Shown here piece after piece: positions 14,839 to 28,508 of a stretch of 64,000 nucleotides of DNA (its first letter is position 1; each line of letters begins with the position of its first letter). Position numbers and translations under genes: made by a program. The notes below the pieces were generated by a model, which saw nothing but the letters and a program-made list of their open reading frames with translations, was not told the DNA's origin and made no database searches. Source of the stretch: Welwitschia mirabilis (taxonomy: Eukaryota); the NCBI GenBank assembly GCA_051453625.1, contig JBOZIK010000001.1, forward strand, positions 17,316,760-17,380,759, given 5' to 3'.

Positions 14839-16171
14839 TATCATTTATGGTCATTTTGGCTATAGTTTTCTCTTTTATGAAATGAAAGATAAGTGTAGAA
14901 TCACCACAAGGATCTAAGATGATGCTCAAAAATGAATCAATTTTACCAATACATTTCTAAGACTTCTATTGTATAAAAGGTCTCATAGGAATTTTTCTAT
15001 AGGAATAATGATGATAAGAAAAATAGTAAAAATAAACATAGTATGATATTGCAAATAGATTTAAGCACTAAAGAAAATTAAAATGATAAAGGAATTTAAA
15101 ATGTTGAGAGTATGAAAGTGGTTTTAGCACTTGAAAATTAGCTTTAATGTTTTAATATGAAAAATACATTGATTTAATGATACAAGGCAAGTTCCATTAA
15201 GTCCTAACATACCAAGTTTATTATGTCTTAAATCATGATGACATAATTACATTCACCATATGAGTAATGGTGAGATCCTATTGTCACTTACATTCACCAT
15301 AATCTATCTATAAATATAAAATAAAAAGCAAAATCCAAGATTCATTAACCAAACTAAACTATAAAATTAGAATGTAGACAAAGAGGATTTACTTAAAAAT
15401 TTAGATAACTTGGCATATTAATGTCTTCAAATCAAGTATTCTAAATATGAAACAAATCACACCTAAAACCAAATAATGCAAACTTATTTCTTTGTTAAAA
15501 TGAAAAAATGATAGTACATCAAAGAAGAATACTTAACTCAATAATAAAACATCTAGCTATCCTTGAGACTAGCCCATTCTCAAAAGGAAAATTTAGAAAG
15601 GCATATCAAAAGGCTTCTTCACTTGAAGGGAAGTGCTCTTGTCAAGTGATAATTTACAAAGTACAAAGCTTGGCCCTTTTTATAGTAAAGGCTAGGTTTG
15701 GAGTACTTTGTATTCCTTGTCCTTTTATGTTAGATGCAATGATTGATATTTCATCTTGTAGCATTTAGTGAAGTGATTGAAATATTTATCTATAGCATTT
15801 GGTAGAGTGACTAAAATGTTCATCTTATGGAATTAGAGTAGTTGAAATCTTTCTCTTGGAGTGTTTGATGAAGATTATCATGAAGATTCCAACACATAAC
15901 ATTTAGAGAAAAATTCCTCCACTAATTCATGTTATCACTCCATCTCTCTAGCATATTTATTGTGTTGTATAGAGTTGGATTTATCTTTGGAGATGTTTTT
16001 CAAAATGCAAATAAAACCTTGAAATTATTACAAATAAAAGTGTAAATTAACATATGGGAAAAAAGGAAAAAAAGGCATATTTTTATATTAAAACTATTAT
16101 ATTAATATCTTTAGCTATGCTAAATTGGCCTAATATACTTCAAAAAAAAAGTCAATTTTGACATGTTATCA
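14839..16171 (-). repeat. 3' LTR of element A
   Basis: Aligns with 25713-27167 plus 36016-36401. Ends ...catgttATCA on +, followed by a PPT-like tract. Confidence 0.75.
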
Positions 16172-19100
16172 TAGCCTTAAATCAAACTTTTACCAGTTCC
16201 TTAACAAAAAGCATGATAATTAATGACTAACATAGAAAACTTTATAAGGAAAAAATCAAATATAAGAATGATAAACTTGAAATATTTAGCCAATAGTTAG
16301 AAAATCATTCATTAAAATACAAAATATAAATGCATACTTCTCAATCAGAGTTGAAGTCTATCCTTAAAATTTGAAAAAATGGTAAAAATTAACTGCAAAA
16401 TTTAAGAAAAACTTGATATAAGTTTAGAAGGAAAGTTATTCATTACATAACTTTTTATTTTAAATGGGAAAAAATGCAAGACAATACAACTAAGCTACAA
16501 TGCAAAGAAGAAACCTGACTAATGAAAAATCATTATCTCTACCTTTTGATCAATATTTTATTTATACTAATTTAAGCATTCTTTTCCTAGATAAACATGA
16601 TGTAAAAGGTTAATTCATAATAAAAACATTCATAACCCATGACTTTCTTTCTCATAGAATGGGAATGAGGTAAAAATGGTAATGTGAGTAGGCATAAGTC
16701 AGAAAATGGCAATGNNNNNNNNNNNNNNNNNNNNNNNNNNNNNNNNNNNNNNNNNNNNNNNNNNNNNNNNNNNNNNNNNNNNNNNNNNNNNNNNNNNNNN
16801 NNNNNNNNNNNNNNNNNNNNNNNNNNNNNNNNNNNNNNNNNNNNNNNNNNNNNNNNNNNNNNNNNNNNNNNNNNNNNNNNNNNNNNNNNNNNNNNNNNNN
16901 NNNNNNNNNNNNNNNNNNNNNNNNNNNNNNNNNNNNNNNNNNNNNNNNNNNNNNNNNNNNNNNNNNNNNNNNNNNNNNNNNNNNNNNNNNNNNNNNNNNN
17001 NNNNNNNNNNNNNNNNNNNNNNNNNNNNNNNNNNNNNNNNNNNNNNNNNNNNNNNNNNNNNNNNNNNNNNNNNNNNNNNNNNNNNNNNNNNNNNNNNNNN
17101 NNNNNNNNNNNNNNNNNNNNNNNNNNNNNTAACCATGTAATCTATGAATAAAAGAGAGAAAATCTACCTAATATAATGGCCTTATTGTATTGTAAATTTT
17201 TGTTTTTAAAATAAATCTTAGTGCCAAATAAGTGAGATATTAACTAAGTTAACTTATAAATTTCAAGACTAGTAAGCAAATTTTTAGTACAATTGTTAAA
17301 ACATGAAAAACATAGAAGGCCTACCATTTTCACCTTAATTTTCATTCTACTTTTCATTATATAATCATTAGCATACTTCTCTAGAGTAGATTGGAATTGT
17401 AATCTACGTAATTTTGGATTGCACTCCAAAGGAAAATACTCCATAGTAAAACCCAATCATTATGATCCATAGTAGTGAATCTATGTGATTCTATGATCAT
17501 GTGGATCACTCATGTAAAAAATGCATAGCACACTATCAAAAAGAAGAATATTACATTAAAGAATAAAACTTAAAATAAAATAAAGTATTCGAAGTATGAA
17601 ATGAAGATTTTATAGAGGAGGATAGAATGAATGATAAATTTACAAAATAGTCCTCATGTTGAAAAATAAAATTTGATGTATGCTTTGGAGACTAAAGAAG
17701 TGAAATTTCTTTAATAAAGCTAAAGATTCCTAGAAATTTAATTTCAAAGGTAAACAAAATCAAGAAGAAATGAAGGATTTTTCTAAGCCTAAAGAAGATG
17801 AGAGTGATAATTCTATATCTGATTTTTTAAGGTTTTTAGTATGGCCTTTTACATATAATAACATTAGTAGAGAAATTATACTTCTCTACAAGGAACTTCT
17901 TCATCTTTGAAGATCCAGTAACAAGCTAATCAAACTATTTTGTTAAGAGTGCAATCTATTCTATCTTTGAGTTTCATAAAGCTTTATAATAATAGTAGAG
18001 GTTTTTATGTAGTGTATTTTTCTAATTTATAAATCAAGATCAAAAATGTTTGATGCTTTGTTTGTAGCCTTTCATAACTCCATTGCTAATAGTATATTAA
18101 CTTTTTAGAGAAATCATCTAGACTTATAGCTTTACTTAGTTACTTATGTGATTTTATTTAAAATTAATAATAGTATTGAAAACTAACATTATAGTTTATA
18201 ATATATATTTACATTTTTTAATGTTTGCAATCTAGAGTAATTTGTAATATGCTTTGCAGTGATTCAGTGATTTGAAATCTCTAAAAATAATCCATCTACT
18301 TCAATTTATTTAAGTATGATCATAAGTATATTTTTTTCAAGTGTTTTGATTTTACTAAGCACCTAGTATTAGAATATTTTTCTTCCAATAAAGTTAAGCA
18401 TTTTATCCTTGAATAAACTAGTGTTGCATTGCTAGTGGGCATCTATAACCTTAATGTAGCTCAACATGTCATAAGTAGATAGTTAGAGCTACATTGCTAG
18501 CAAGTGTTTATAGCCCTAATGTATTAACTAGATCCAATAAACNNNNNNNNNNNNNNNNNNNNNNNNNNNNNNNNNNNNNNNNNNNNNNNNNNNNNNNNNN
18601 NNNNNNNNNNNNNNNNNNNNNNNNNNNNNNNNNNNNNNNNNNATAAGTAGATAGTTAGATCTACATTGCTAGCAAGTGTTTATAGCCCTAATGTATTAAC
18701 TAGATCCAATAAACTAATTAAAGATAAAAATGTGATTTTTAAGAAGAGATATTATTTCATTTATAATTCCACTTCTCATATACATTTTTTATGCACATGA
18801 AAGGGGTCATTAGATCATTAACCTAATTAAGAAATATATTATTCTCAAAAATTATTAGAAATAAAGAGTACACCATGAAAATAGGTTTTAGCTTTTTATC
18901 CATTTTTCATTTTCTAAATTAAAGATCTTAAGTGAATGAAAGATTTAATAACATAATTCAAAAGAAGCATAAATTTCTCTTAAAAGTCATAAGTACATAA
19001 TAGAAAGACCACTTATTACTAATTTAATTATTAAAGGTGCTTAACCAAGATTATTAAGTCTTAGAAACTTATAAGTAAATGGGAGAGGGGGATAGTTTAT

Positions 19101-19899
19101 AAACTTAATGGAGTTATTTGAAAATGAAATGGATGAATGAAAAGGCTTAAAGAAATGGTTAAATAGGTGGTAATGCTTTTATATATTCTCTGAGATAAGC
19201 ATTCTTGGGCAACATTTATTTTTCTATCAAATTATTTGACTAATCAGAGGCTAAGCTATTCAAAAAGAAAATATTCTCATGAAATGTAAGGTGAAAAATC
19301 AGAAATATAATGACCATTAGGCTCAAAATGAAGATAGTGGAAATCAAATAATGGTATAAAAAGGATAATGTTTTCATAGTTTAGAAATGAGATGTGAAGT
19401 GCAAAAATTAGGATACAAATGTTTAAAATGAAACATTTTCCAGCCTATAGCTTCTTTGTATTTTTTGAACAATCCCTTAAAGGGTCATTCTAGAGTAGTA
19501 TAAGAGTGATTTTAATAATTAAATTTATATTTCAAAGATAAATAAGTAGAAGAAATATTTTTTTCATCAAGAAAATATTTAGTATTATGAATGTGTTAAA
19601 GGTGATATTGGCTCTTAGTATTATTATTGTCACTTGTTTATTTCATGATATTAAAGATTTGTAAATCCACTGTTATANNNNNNNNNNNNNNNNNNNNNNN
19701 NNNNNNNNNNNNNNNNNNNNNNNNNNNNNNNNNNNNNNNNNNNNNNNNNNNNNNNNNNNNNNNNNNNNNNNNNNNNNGTAATTACAAGAAACATGCTTTA
19801 CATGTTTACAAAGTGATTTCAAATCAAAATAAAAGTTATTTTCATAAATAAAATTTTACTTAAACTCCAAATATTGATAAAGTTGAGAAACATTTTATT

Positions 19900-20640
19900 C
19901 ATAGGAGAAATTTAAAGTCATTAATTTCATTAACAAAATCAAATTCATTAATGTCTCCTTGTCATTTCATGGTATTAAAAATGTTTAAATCAATAGTCAT
20001 ATTATAAAATAGAACCTTCATGGGACTAGAATTATAATTAATATGAGTACTTGAACTAGATAGGAAGGGTATACCTAATATGGCATGAATTGAATAGTGT
20101 TTCATCAAATCCATTTCTAGAATAATAAAGTCTAACTAGAAAATAGTAATTATCTACTTACACTATCACATCCTCTACTATTCCTAGTAGTAACTTCAAA
20201 GAATTATTAGCTAAATTGGATTTTGATTTACTTAAGATAACTTAAGATAGTTCCTTATAGATTTAATGGGATAAAGAATTAATGGTCACTCCAATATCTA
20301 ACAAGGCTTATATAAGACATTTATCACTAATTGTAATAACTGTAATCAGGTATTTAGGGTTTGTATACAACTGAAATCTAATTTAGTATAGTCATGTTAA
20401 ACCATTGAGCTAGAAATGCCTTTTTATTAAAATTCAGGCATCTCTTAACTATGCACATATCCTTAAGAAAATTTATCTATGAAGGTATTTGTTTTATCGC
20501 TTATAAGAGAGGCATGTCTACTTTTACTTCTTTAAAAATATCTAAGGCCTCTAGCTATTTTATCACTATGTTTTCCTTTCCTAATTATTATGAAAATAAT
20601 AGAGGTTCTCTGTAAGTGATATAAGATTTTTGATTTTCTC
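19900..20640 (-). pseudogene. Athila-type aspartic protease region of element A
   Basis: KVDMPL...KFLKDMC, ALLDIGVTIN (cf. ALxDLGASIN), ILGIP and MTIDLNIFNTMK; collinear with 30293-30960. Confidence 0.8.
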
Positions 20641-21169
20641 CATTTTTCTTATTGATTTTTATGGGTATTTTTTCCTTCTTAAGTTATTTTAGTTCTACTT
20701 CTTCATTTATTTCTTTTCCACTTNNNNNNNNNNNNNNNNNNNNNNNNNNNNNNNNNNNNNNNNNNNNNNNNNNNNNNNNNNNNNNNNNNNNNNNNNNNNN
20801 NNNNNNNNNNNNNNNNNNNNNNNNNNNNNNNNNNNNNNNNNNNNNNNNNNNNNNNNNNNNNNNNNNNNNNNNNNNNNNNNNNNNNNNNNNNNNNNNNNNN
20901 NNNNNNNNNNNNNNNNNNNNNNNNNNNNNNNNNNNNNNNNNNNNNNNNNNNNNNNNNNNNNNNNNNNNNNNNNNNNNNNNNNNNNNNNNNNNNNNNNNNN
21001 NNNNNNNNNNNNNNNNNNNNNNNNNNNNNNNNNNNNNNNNNNNNNNNNNNNNNNNNNNNNNNNNNNNNNNNNNNNNNNNNNNNNNNNNNNNNNNNNNNNN
21101 NNNNNNNNNNNNNNNNNNNNNNNNNNNNNNNNNNNNNNNNNNNNNNNNNNNNNNNNNNNNNNNNNNNTT

Positions 21170-22420
21170 TAGTTCTACTTCTTCATTTACTTCTTTTCCA
21201 CTTTTAAGGTGTACACCCTTACTTTTCCTAATGGGATTAGATTCTCCTCTTTCTATAATGTTGAATCCTATAAAATTTAGTTTTTAACTCATTGGAATTT
21301 TATCTGACTCTCAATGATTAATGAAATATAAATGGTAGGTTATTGGAGTTATTAGATATGCTACTCAAGTTTTTAGTTTCTTTGCTTTTATACTTCCATA
21401 AATGTTTTAAAAGTATTTGATAATAGATTTGATGTGTGATTTATGATTTAAGGATGACAGGTATGGATAAGAAGATAAAAAAACACATTTCTAGGTTGAT
21501 TGTTGAAAATGTGGTTATGGTTATTTTCCTATCTTGAAAAGAAATTTAGATTCTTCATCCATCCATATTTATAAGTATTCAAATAAGGGTTATTTTTATG
21601 ATTATACTAATTTTGTTTTATGTTATTAACTTCTTCATTAATATTATTCTAGAAAATGGATATGAAAGGATACTCAGCTACTACATGAGATTTAATTTGA
21701 CACATCAAACACTTGAGTTTATAGGTTGTAAGTTTGGGCTCTGAAGTGAGGGGTTATAACTTCCTATAGAGCTCATCAATTTAGTTACAAATTCTTGTAG
21801 AACTAATTAAATGTAAAGATCTATAATATTAATAGATTTATTATAATTTTTATAACTTTTAAAAACTAATTCTAAATAGTTTCAAACTTTGTTTCTATCA
21901 AGGTTGAAAAAACTACCATAACTCATCATTTCTACTAGTTGCCTATTATTTAAGAATAACACTTAATCAAACAAATTAATTATCATACTTGACTCAAATC
22001 CATATTATGGACATTTTAACAAAAGGTATTTAAATTTTTCTAAGGCTTTTGAAAAATTCTCATAGTCTTTCTATTAATAATTCATTATTTCTTATCTTAA
22101 GAAATTAGTTGTATGATTAGAGAAGAAGTTTGTAACGAAGGCTTTATTTAAATTACTCTAAGTTAAGATATAAATATATTTCAAGTTGTACAACTAGGAT
22201 TTGATTTGTTTCATTTAAGAAAAATTTAACCTAAGTGCAGTAGCTATATTAATGTATTAAGGTATAATTAATAGCATGCATTCAAGCTCTTTCAAATGCA
22301 AGTATGGATCCTCAGGTTTAAGTTCATGAAAATCTAAATAAATCTAAATGATGGATGAATTAAATTTTAATTTACATACTACTAGTGATTAAACTATACA
22401 CAAAGGTATTTCTAAACATT
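21170..22420 (-). pseudogene. gag: Athila-type gag of element A (second copy at 23732-24560)
   Basis: EDPYLHLKELEC at ~22275-22315, LLLKCP*YGFE, NNRQLVEMM, and a zinc knuckle CLMCQIKSHVVAEYP at ~21665-21712. Confidence 0.85.
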
Positions 22421-25400
22421 GTGGTTAAAGGTAATCCTTAAGATTTTTCCTAGGTGGAGGATCATTATAGACATTCAATTGAATTAGTGAAAAAGAGTAG
22501 TTTAGATTTTGAATTAGTGACTAGTGTAAAACATGGAATAAAAATTATTGAAAATGCTAAGGATACAAAATAGGTGAGTTACCAATTTAAGGATTTATGA
22601 ACATATATTGTTTATTTGTATTAGTCTATTATTCTCATTGAGATCCTTTTTGTGAATAATTTCTAGAGAAAGATCTTTACTTGTTACTATGAGTGGAATT
22701 CATGTTTTTTTCTAGATGGGATTCTAAGGAGTCTTTCTTAATCATTAGATTTCTGGTGCAAGCAAAATAAAAAAACTTTAAATAATGGTTGGGAGTATAA
22801 ATTATTCAAGGATTTTATAGAAAATACAAGCAATGTTATAGAGAGTTTTTCACAAGAGAGTTAACAATGGTGATTAAGTTTCATGAAAGCACTAGTTATT
22901 TGAGGAGTTTTAACATAGAGAAAAAAATTATTACATGTTTTATCATAGTGTAATTTAGTTTAGATAATGAGAAATAAGGAATAACTTATAGAAAATAAAA
23001 GAGCAAAGAAACAATGTGAAACAAAACATATTAAAAATCCTAAATAAAAATTTTTATTTTTGTGAAAATTTAAAATAAAGGTCAAAATATAAGCTATTAT
23101 ATACAATATCTAAAACTAAACTATCATATTAAAAATATACAAAAGAAAAAGAAAGGAAAATAAGGCTCTTGCATATTTCATATAAATTTCTTTGATTCTT
23201 TGATCATTATTACTTTGTCCTTTATTTAAGAGAAATCACATAGTGAAACCTACAAAAATTAGTTAATTTTAAAATTATAAATATTAATATAATAATATAT
23301 TTTTTAGTTAGGGTTCAAAATCTTGATGAATACTTGAAAGAATTGGACTAGTTTGATATCACTAGAAATAGATTAGTACCAACCACTAAATAGTATAGAA
23401 CATAAAGAACTGTAGAAAACAAAATAGAACCATCTTAGCTAACATTAAGAGGAACTATTACTAGCTATTAGAGATGCATAAAAAAAGTAGTAAACTAAAA
23501 TAAAAGACACGTTATATATATTCACTATAAATTTACTATGCCATTATCCCTAGTAGTAATAGTAAAATGCTCTTCATGTTCAACTTGACTATGATTGTAT
23601 CTTTCATGGAATACAAGATAAGTGTATAATCNNNNNNNNNNNNNNNNNNNNNNNNNNNNNNNNNNNNNNNNNNNNNNNNNNNNNNNNNNNNNNNNNNNNN
23701 NNNNNNNNNNNNNNNNNNNNNNNNNNNNNNNAACTTATTCACTAATAGTATTCTAGAAAATGGGTATGGAAGGATACTTAACTACTTCATGAAATTCAAT
23801 GTAGTACACCAAACACTTGGGTTTAGAGGTTGTAAGTTTGGGCTTTGAAGTGAGGGATTATAACTTCCTAGAAAACTCATCAATTTAGTTACTAACATTA
23901 GAATTATTATGTACTTTAACAATGCTTATAGAACTAATTAAATATCAAGATCTACATAGATTAATAGGTTTCTCCAAATTCTTATAACTTTTAACAACTA
24001 ATTCTAAATAGTTCCAAATTTCGTTTATGTCAAGGTTGAAAAAACTACCACAACTGATCATTTCTACTAGTTGCCTATTATTCAAGAATAACCCTTAATC
24101 AAATAAATTGATTATCATGTTTAGCTTAAAACCATATTATGAACATTTTAACAAAAGGTCTTTAAATCTTTCTAAGGCTTTTCAAAAGTCTCATGGTCTT
24201 TCTATTAATAATTCATTATTTTTCGTCTTAAGGAATTAGTTTATGACTAGGAAAGAATTTTGTAATGAAGGATTTATTTAAGTTGGTCTAAGTCATGATA
24301 GAAATAGATTTTAAGATTTAGAACTAGAATTTAGTTTTTTCATTTAAGAAGAAATGAAATAAAATCAACCTAAGTTCACTAGTTATGTTAGTGTATTAAG
24401 GTACAGTAAATAGCATGCGTTAAAACTATTTCAAATGCAAGTATGAATCCTCAAATTAAAGCTTATGAAAATGTCGAAAAAGCTAAATGATGTATGGATT
24501 AGAATCTAATTTCCATACTAATAGGGATTAAAGTAAGCATAAAGGTATTTCTAAACAGTGTGATTAAAGGTAATCCTTAAGAGTTTTCCTAAGTGAAGGA
24601 TCATTATAGAAATTCAATTTATTGAGTGAAAAAGAGTACTCTAAATTTTGAATTAGTGACTCATTTAAAACATGGAATAAAAATTATTAAAAATACTAAG
24701 GATAGAAAATAGATGATTTACTAAGTTAAGGGTTTATGAACATAGATTGTTTCTTTGTATTAGTTTATTATTCTCCTTGAGATCTTCTCGTGAATGACTT
24801 CTAGAGAAAGGTCTTTGTTTATTGTTATTAATAGAATTCATGTTTTTTCAACATGCGATTCTGAGTAGTCTCTCTTATTCATTCAATTCTAGTGCATGCA
24901 AAATAGAAATGCTTCAAAGAATGCTTGAGAGTAAAAATTATTTAGGGATTTTATAAAAAAATACTAGTAATGTTGTAGAGAGTTTTTCACAACAAAGTTA
25001 GTGACGCTAATTAAGTTTCATGATAGCAGTAGTTATTTGAGGATTTTTAACCTAAATAAAAAATTATTACATGTTTTATCATAGTGTAATTTAGTTTAGG
25101 TCATAAGAATAAGGAATAACTTATATAAAATAAAATAGTTAAGAAATAATGTGAAATAAAACATATAAAAAAATTCCTAGATAATAACTTTCTATTTTTA
25201 TTACAAATTAAAGTAAAAATCAAAATCTAAGATATTACATACAATATCTAAAACTAAAGTATCATATTAAAAATATAGAAAAGAAAAAGAAAGAAAAAAA
25301 GCTCTTATTTATTTCATAATTCATCAAATTTTTTGATTCTTTAATCTTTATTGCTTTGTCATTTATTCAAGAGAAATCACATAGTGAAACCTACAAAAAC

Positions 25401-25690
25401 TAGTCAATTATACAATTACAAAGATTAATACAATAATATATTTCTCAAGTTAGGGTTAAAAATCTTGATGAAAACTTAAAAGAGTTGGACTAGTTTGGGT
25501 ATCACTAGAAATAGAGTAGTATCAATCACTAAATAGTATAGAAAGTGAAAAAGAAGTATAAAACAAAGTAGAACTAGCTTAGCTAACATTAGAAGAAACT
25601 ATTACTAGCTGCTACATATGCATTAAAAAAAAAAAGGTAGTAAACTAAAAGAAAAGTTATGTGTATTTGCTATAAACATACTATGCCATT

Positions 25691-25709
25691 ATCCCTAGCA
25701 ATAATACTA
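25691..25709 (-). promoter_or_regulatory. Eroded primer-binding site (tRNA-Asp) of element A; duplicate at 23546-23564
   Basis: ATCCCTAGCAATAATACTA vs the plant tRNA-Asp 3' end ATCCCCGGCAACGGCGCCA. All differences are C>T or G>A, and the site abuts the LTR. Confidence 0.75.
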
Positions 25710-25712
25710 AAA

Positions 25713-27167
25713 TGCTTTTCATGGTTAACTTGGCTATTCTTGCATCTTTTATGGAATAAAAGATAAGTGTATAATCATCAAAATGACACATAATTATAAG
25801 TAGTTAAGTCTCACTTTCATCAACAAGTTTCTAATACTTCCTTCATAGACAAGATCCTAGAGTTATTCTTCTATAATGACAATGACAATAGGAAAAATAA
25901 TGAAAATAAATATAACATAGTAGTGCAAGAAGATTTAAGAACTAAAATAAAATGAAAGATTCATAAAGGAATTTAAAATGTTAAGAGTATGAAAATGGAT
26001 TTAGCACTTGAAAACTAGCATTAATGTTTTAATAGGAAAAAGGTCTTTATTCAATAATATAATGCAAGTTTCCTTAAGTCATAACTTACCAAGTTTATTA
26101 TGGCTCTAATTATGATGACATAATTACATTCACCACGAAAGTAGTAGTGAGATTCTCTTGATACTTGAATTTATTAAAGGCTATATGTAAGCATGAAAAG
26201 TAGAAAGCAAAATCCAAAATTCATTGAAAAAGACTAGATTATAAAAGAAGAATATAAATAAAGAGAATTTACTTAGAAATATTAATAACTAGATGTTATA
26301 ATAGCTTGAAATCAACTGTTTTAGGGATCAGACAGATCACACTTAAATTAAGAAATGGAAACTAACTTCATTTATTAAACTTAAAAACTATAATAGATCA
26401 AAGAATAATACTTAACTCAATCATAAAACATCTATCTAGCCCTAGCCTATTCCTAAAGGAGAAACCTAAAGGGACATGCTAGAATGCTCTTATAATTTAA
26501 AGATAAGCACTCTCAGTAAATGATGATTTATAAAGTGGAACACTTGATCCTTTTTATTATGAAGATTAGGATTAGGATAGTTTGGGTTTTCTTTTCATTA
26601 TTCATTTAAGTACAATGAATCAAATTTAAACTAAGTGAATACCTAGTATTATTTTCTCCACAGGGTAATTGGAATGGCTTACACAAGTTATAAGTCTTAC
26701 TTATCTTGCAAATTATAATTAAAAAAANNNNNNNNNNNNNNNNNNNNNNNNNNNNNNNNNNNNNNNNNNNNNNNNNNNNNNNNNNNNNNNNNNNNNNNNN
26801 NNNNNNNNNNNNNNNNNNNNNNNNNNNCAAAGAGAATTTACTTAGAAATATTAACAACTAGATGTCATAATAGCTTGAAATCAACTGTTTTAGGGATCAG
26901 ACAGATCACAGTTAAATTAAGAAATGGAAACTAACTTTATTTATTAAACTTAAAAACTATAATAGATTAAAGAATAATACTTAATTCATTAATAAAACAT
27001 CTATCTAGCCCTATCCTATTCTTAAAGGAGAAACCTAGAGGGACATGCTAGAATGCTCTTATAATTTAAAGATAAGCACTCTCAATAAATGATGATTTAT
27101 AAAGTGGGACACTTGATCCTTTTTATTATGAAGGTTAGTATTGGTATAGTTTGGATTTTCTTTTCAT
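25713..27167 (-). repeat. 5' LTR of element A, left part (resumes at 36016-36401 after element B)
   Basis: Homologous to 14839-15750. The remainder (cttgtagcatttggtggagtgattgg...) at 36016-36401 matches 15750-16171. Confidence 0.8.
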
Positions 27168-28508
27168 TATTCATCTAAGTACAATGAATCAAATTTAAAC
27201 TAAGTGAACACCTAGTATTATTTTCTCCATAGGATAATTGGAATGGCTTACATGAGTTATAAGTCTTACTTATCTTGCATTATAATAAAATAAAAGGAAA
27301 AAGGAAAGAGAGATAATAAATATATTGTTAAAACTTCGTTTGAAGAAGCATGGAAGTAAGCAATCATCAATGTTTAGTTTAACTTATGCATTAGTTATTA
27401 TTCACTTCAATGATTCTTGTACCTTCTTGAAGAAACTTTAAATTATTAAGTAATTATAGTTGAGGTCATGATGACAAAATGCCATTTATCATATGGAAAT
27501 TGGTAAATTCAAAAGTTAGTTGATCATTCACAACTTTCAAATAAGCATGAAAAGTAAAGACTTAAAGCATTGAAGGTCTATCAAATAAAAGATACTTAAT
27601 CTAAATACTTAAGAAATACAATCAAATAATAAAATAACTTGTTAATATAGGTTTACTAAGCATTAAAAGTATGAAGTTATCTAGAACTAGAATTAAAATG
27701 AACATCTATTTTGTATTAAATCCAAATAACTACACTACATCAAGGGAAGAAAAAGGAAGCTAAAAGAACTCCTTAAGCTATTCTTAAATCAAGCTCGCTC
27801 CTAAGGAAAGGTCTTAAAAGGGCATGTTGACTTGATGCTCCAAGAGTTCTATTGCTGTGACAAAATAAAGAATGTTATAAATGAGGGCTCAAGGCCCTTT
27901 TATAGGTAAGCATGAGTTGAATTATCATTACAAGCCTTTGTGTTGTAGCATTAGATGAGTAGTTACAAAATATGTCATATGGCATGAGGTAGGATTTTGT
28001 CACTTTATACAAGATCGGATTCGTGCATTAGTTAGGAACATTATGATAAGCCTTTACTTAACTATTAATGCTATCATATGTTTCCGTCAGCATTCTACTT
28101 AGCATTGCCACATGTTTCTATTATCTATCATTATCATAATTACCAAATGTTGTTAAAGATGCTAGTTATTTATGATGTGAAGTCTTTTTAAGTCCATAAT
28201 TTCATTTAAATAAAATTTTCATGATAAGTTTAGAATGTGGGATTTCAGATGATCTACTCATGAGAACTAGTAGTACTACTGACTAGATGGTGGTGCTAGC
28301 TTTCTAGACCAAATGATGTTCATATTTTATAATGTTCATGTAAATGAGATAACTATCCTAAAAATTTCATAAAAAGATGATAATTTCATGATTATTATAA
28401 AAAAGAAATAGAAGACATGTTTTATGATAAAGTAGTTATATTAATATCTTCTATTATAATAAATCGATCAAATAAATTAATTAAAATATTAATATTTACA
28501 TGTTAACA
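27168..28508 (-). repeat. 3' LTR of element B
   Basis: Collinear with 34581-36015 along its length, e.g. aggtttactaag.attaaaagtat and aaggccctttta ta.gtaagcatga. Confidence 0.85.
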
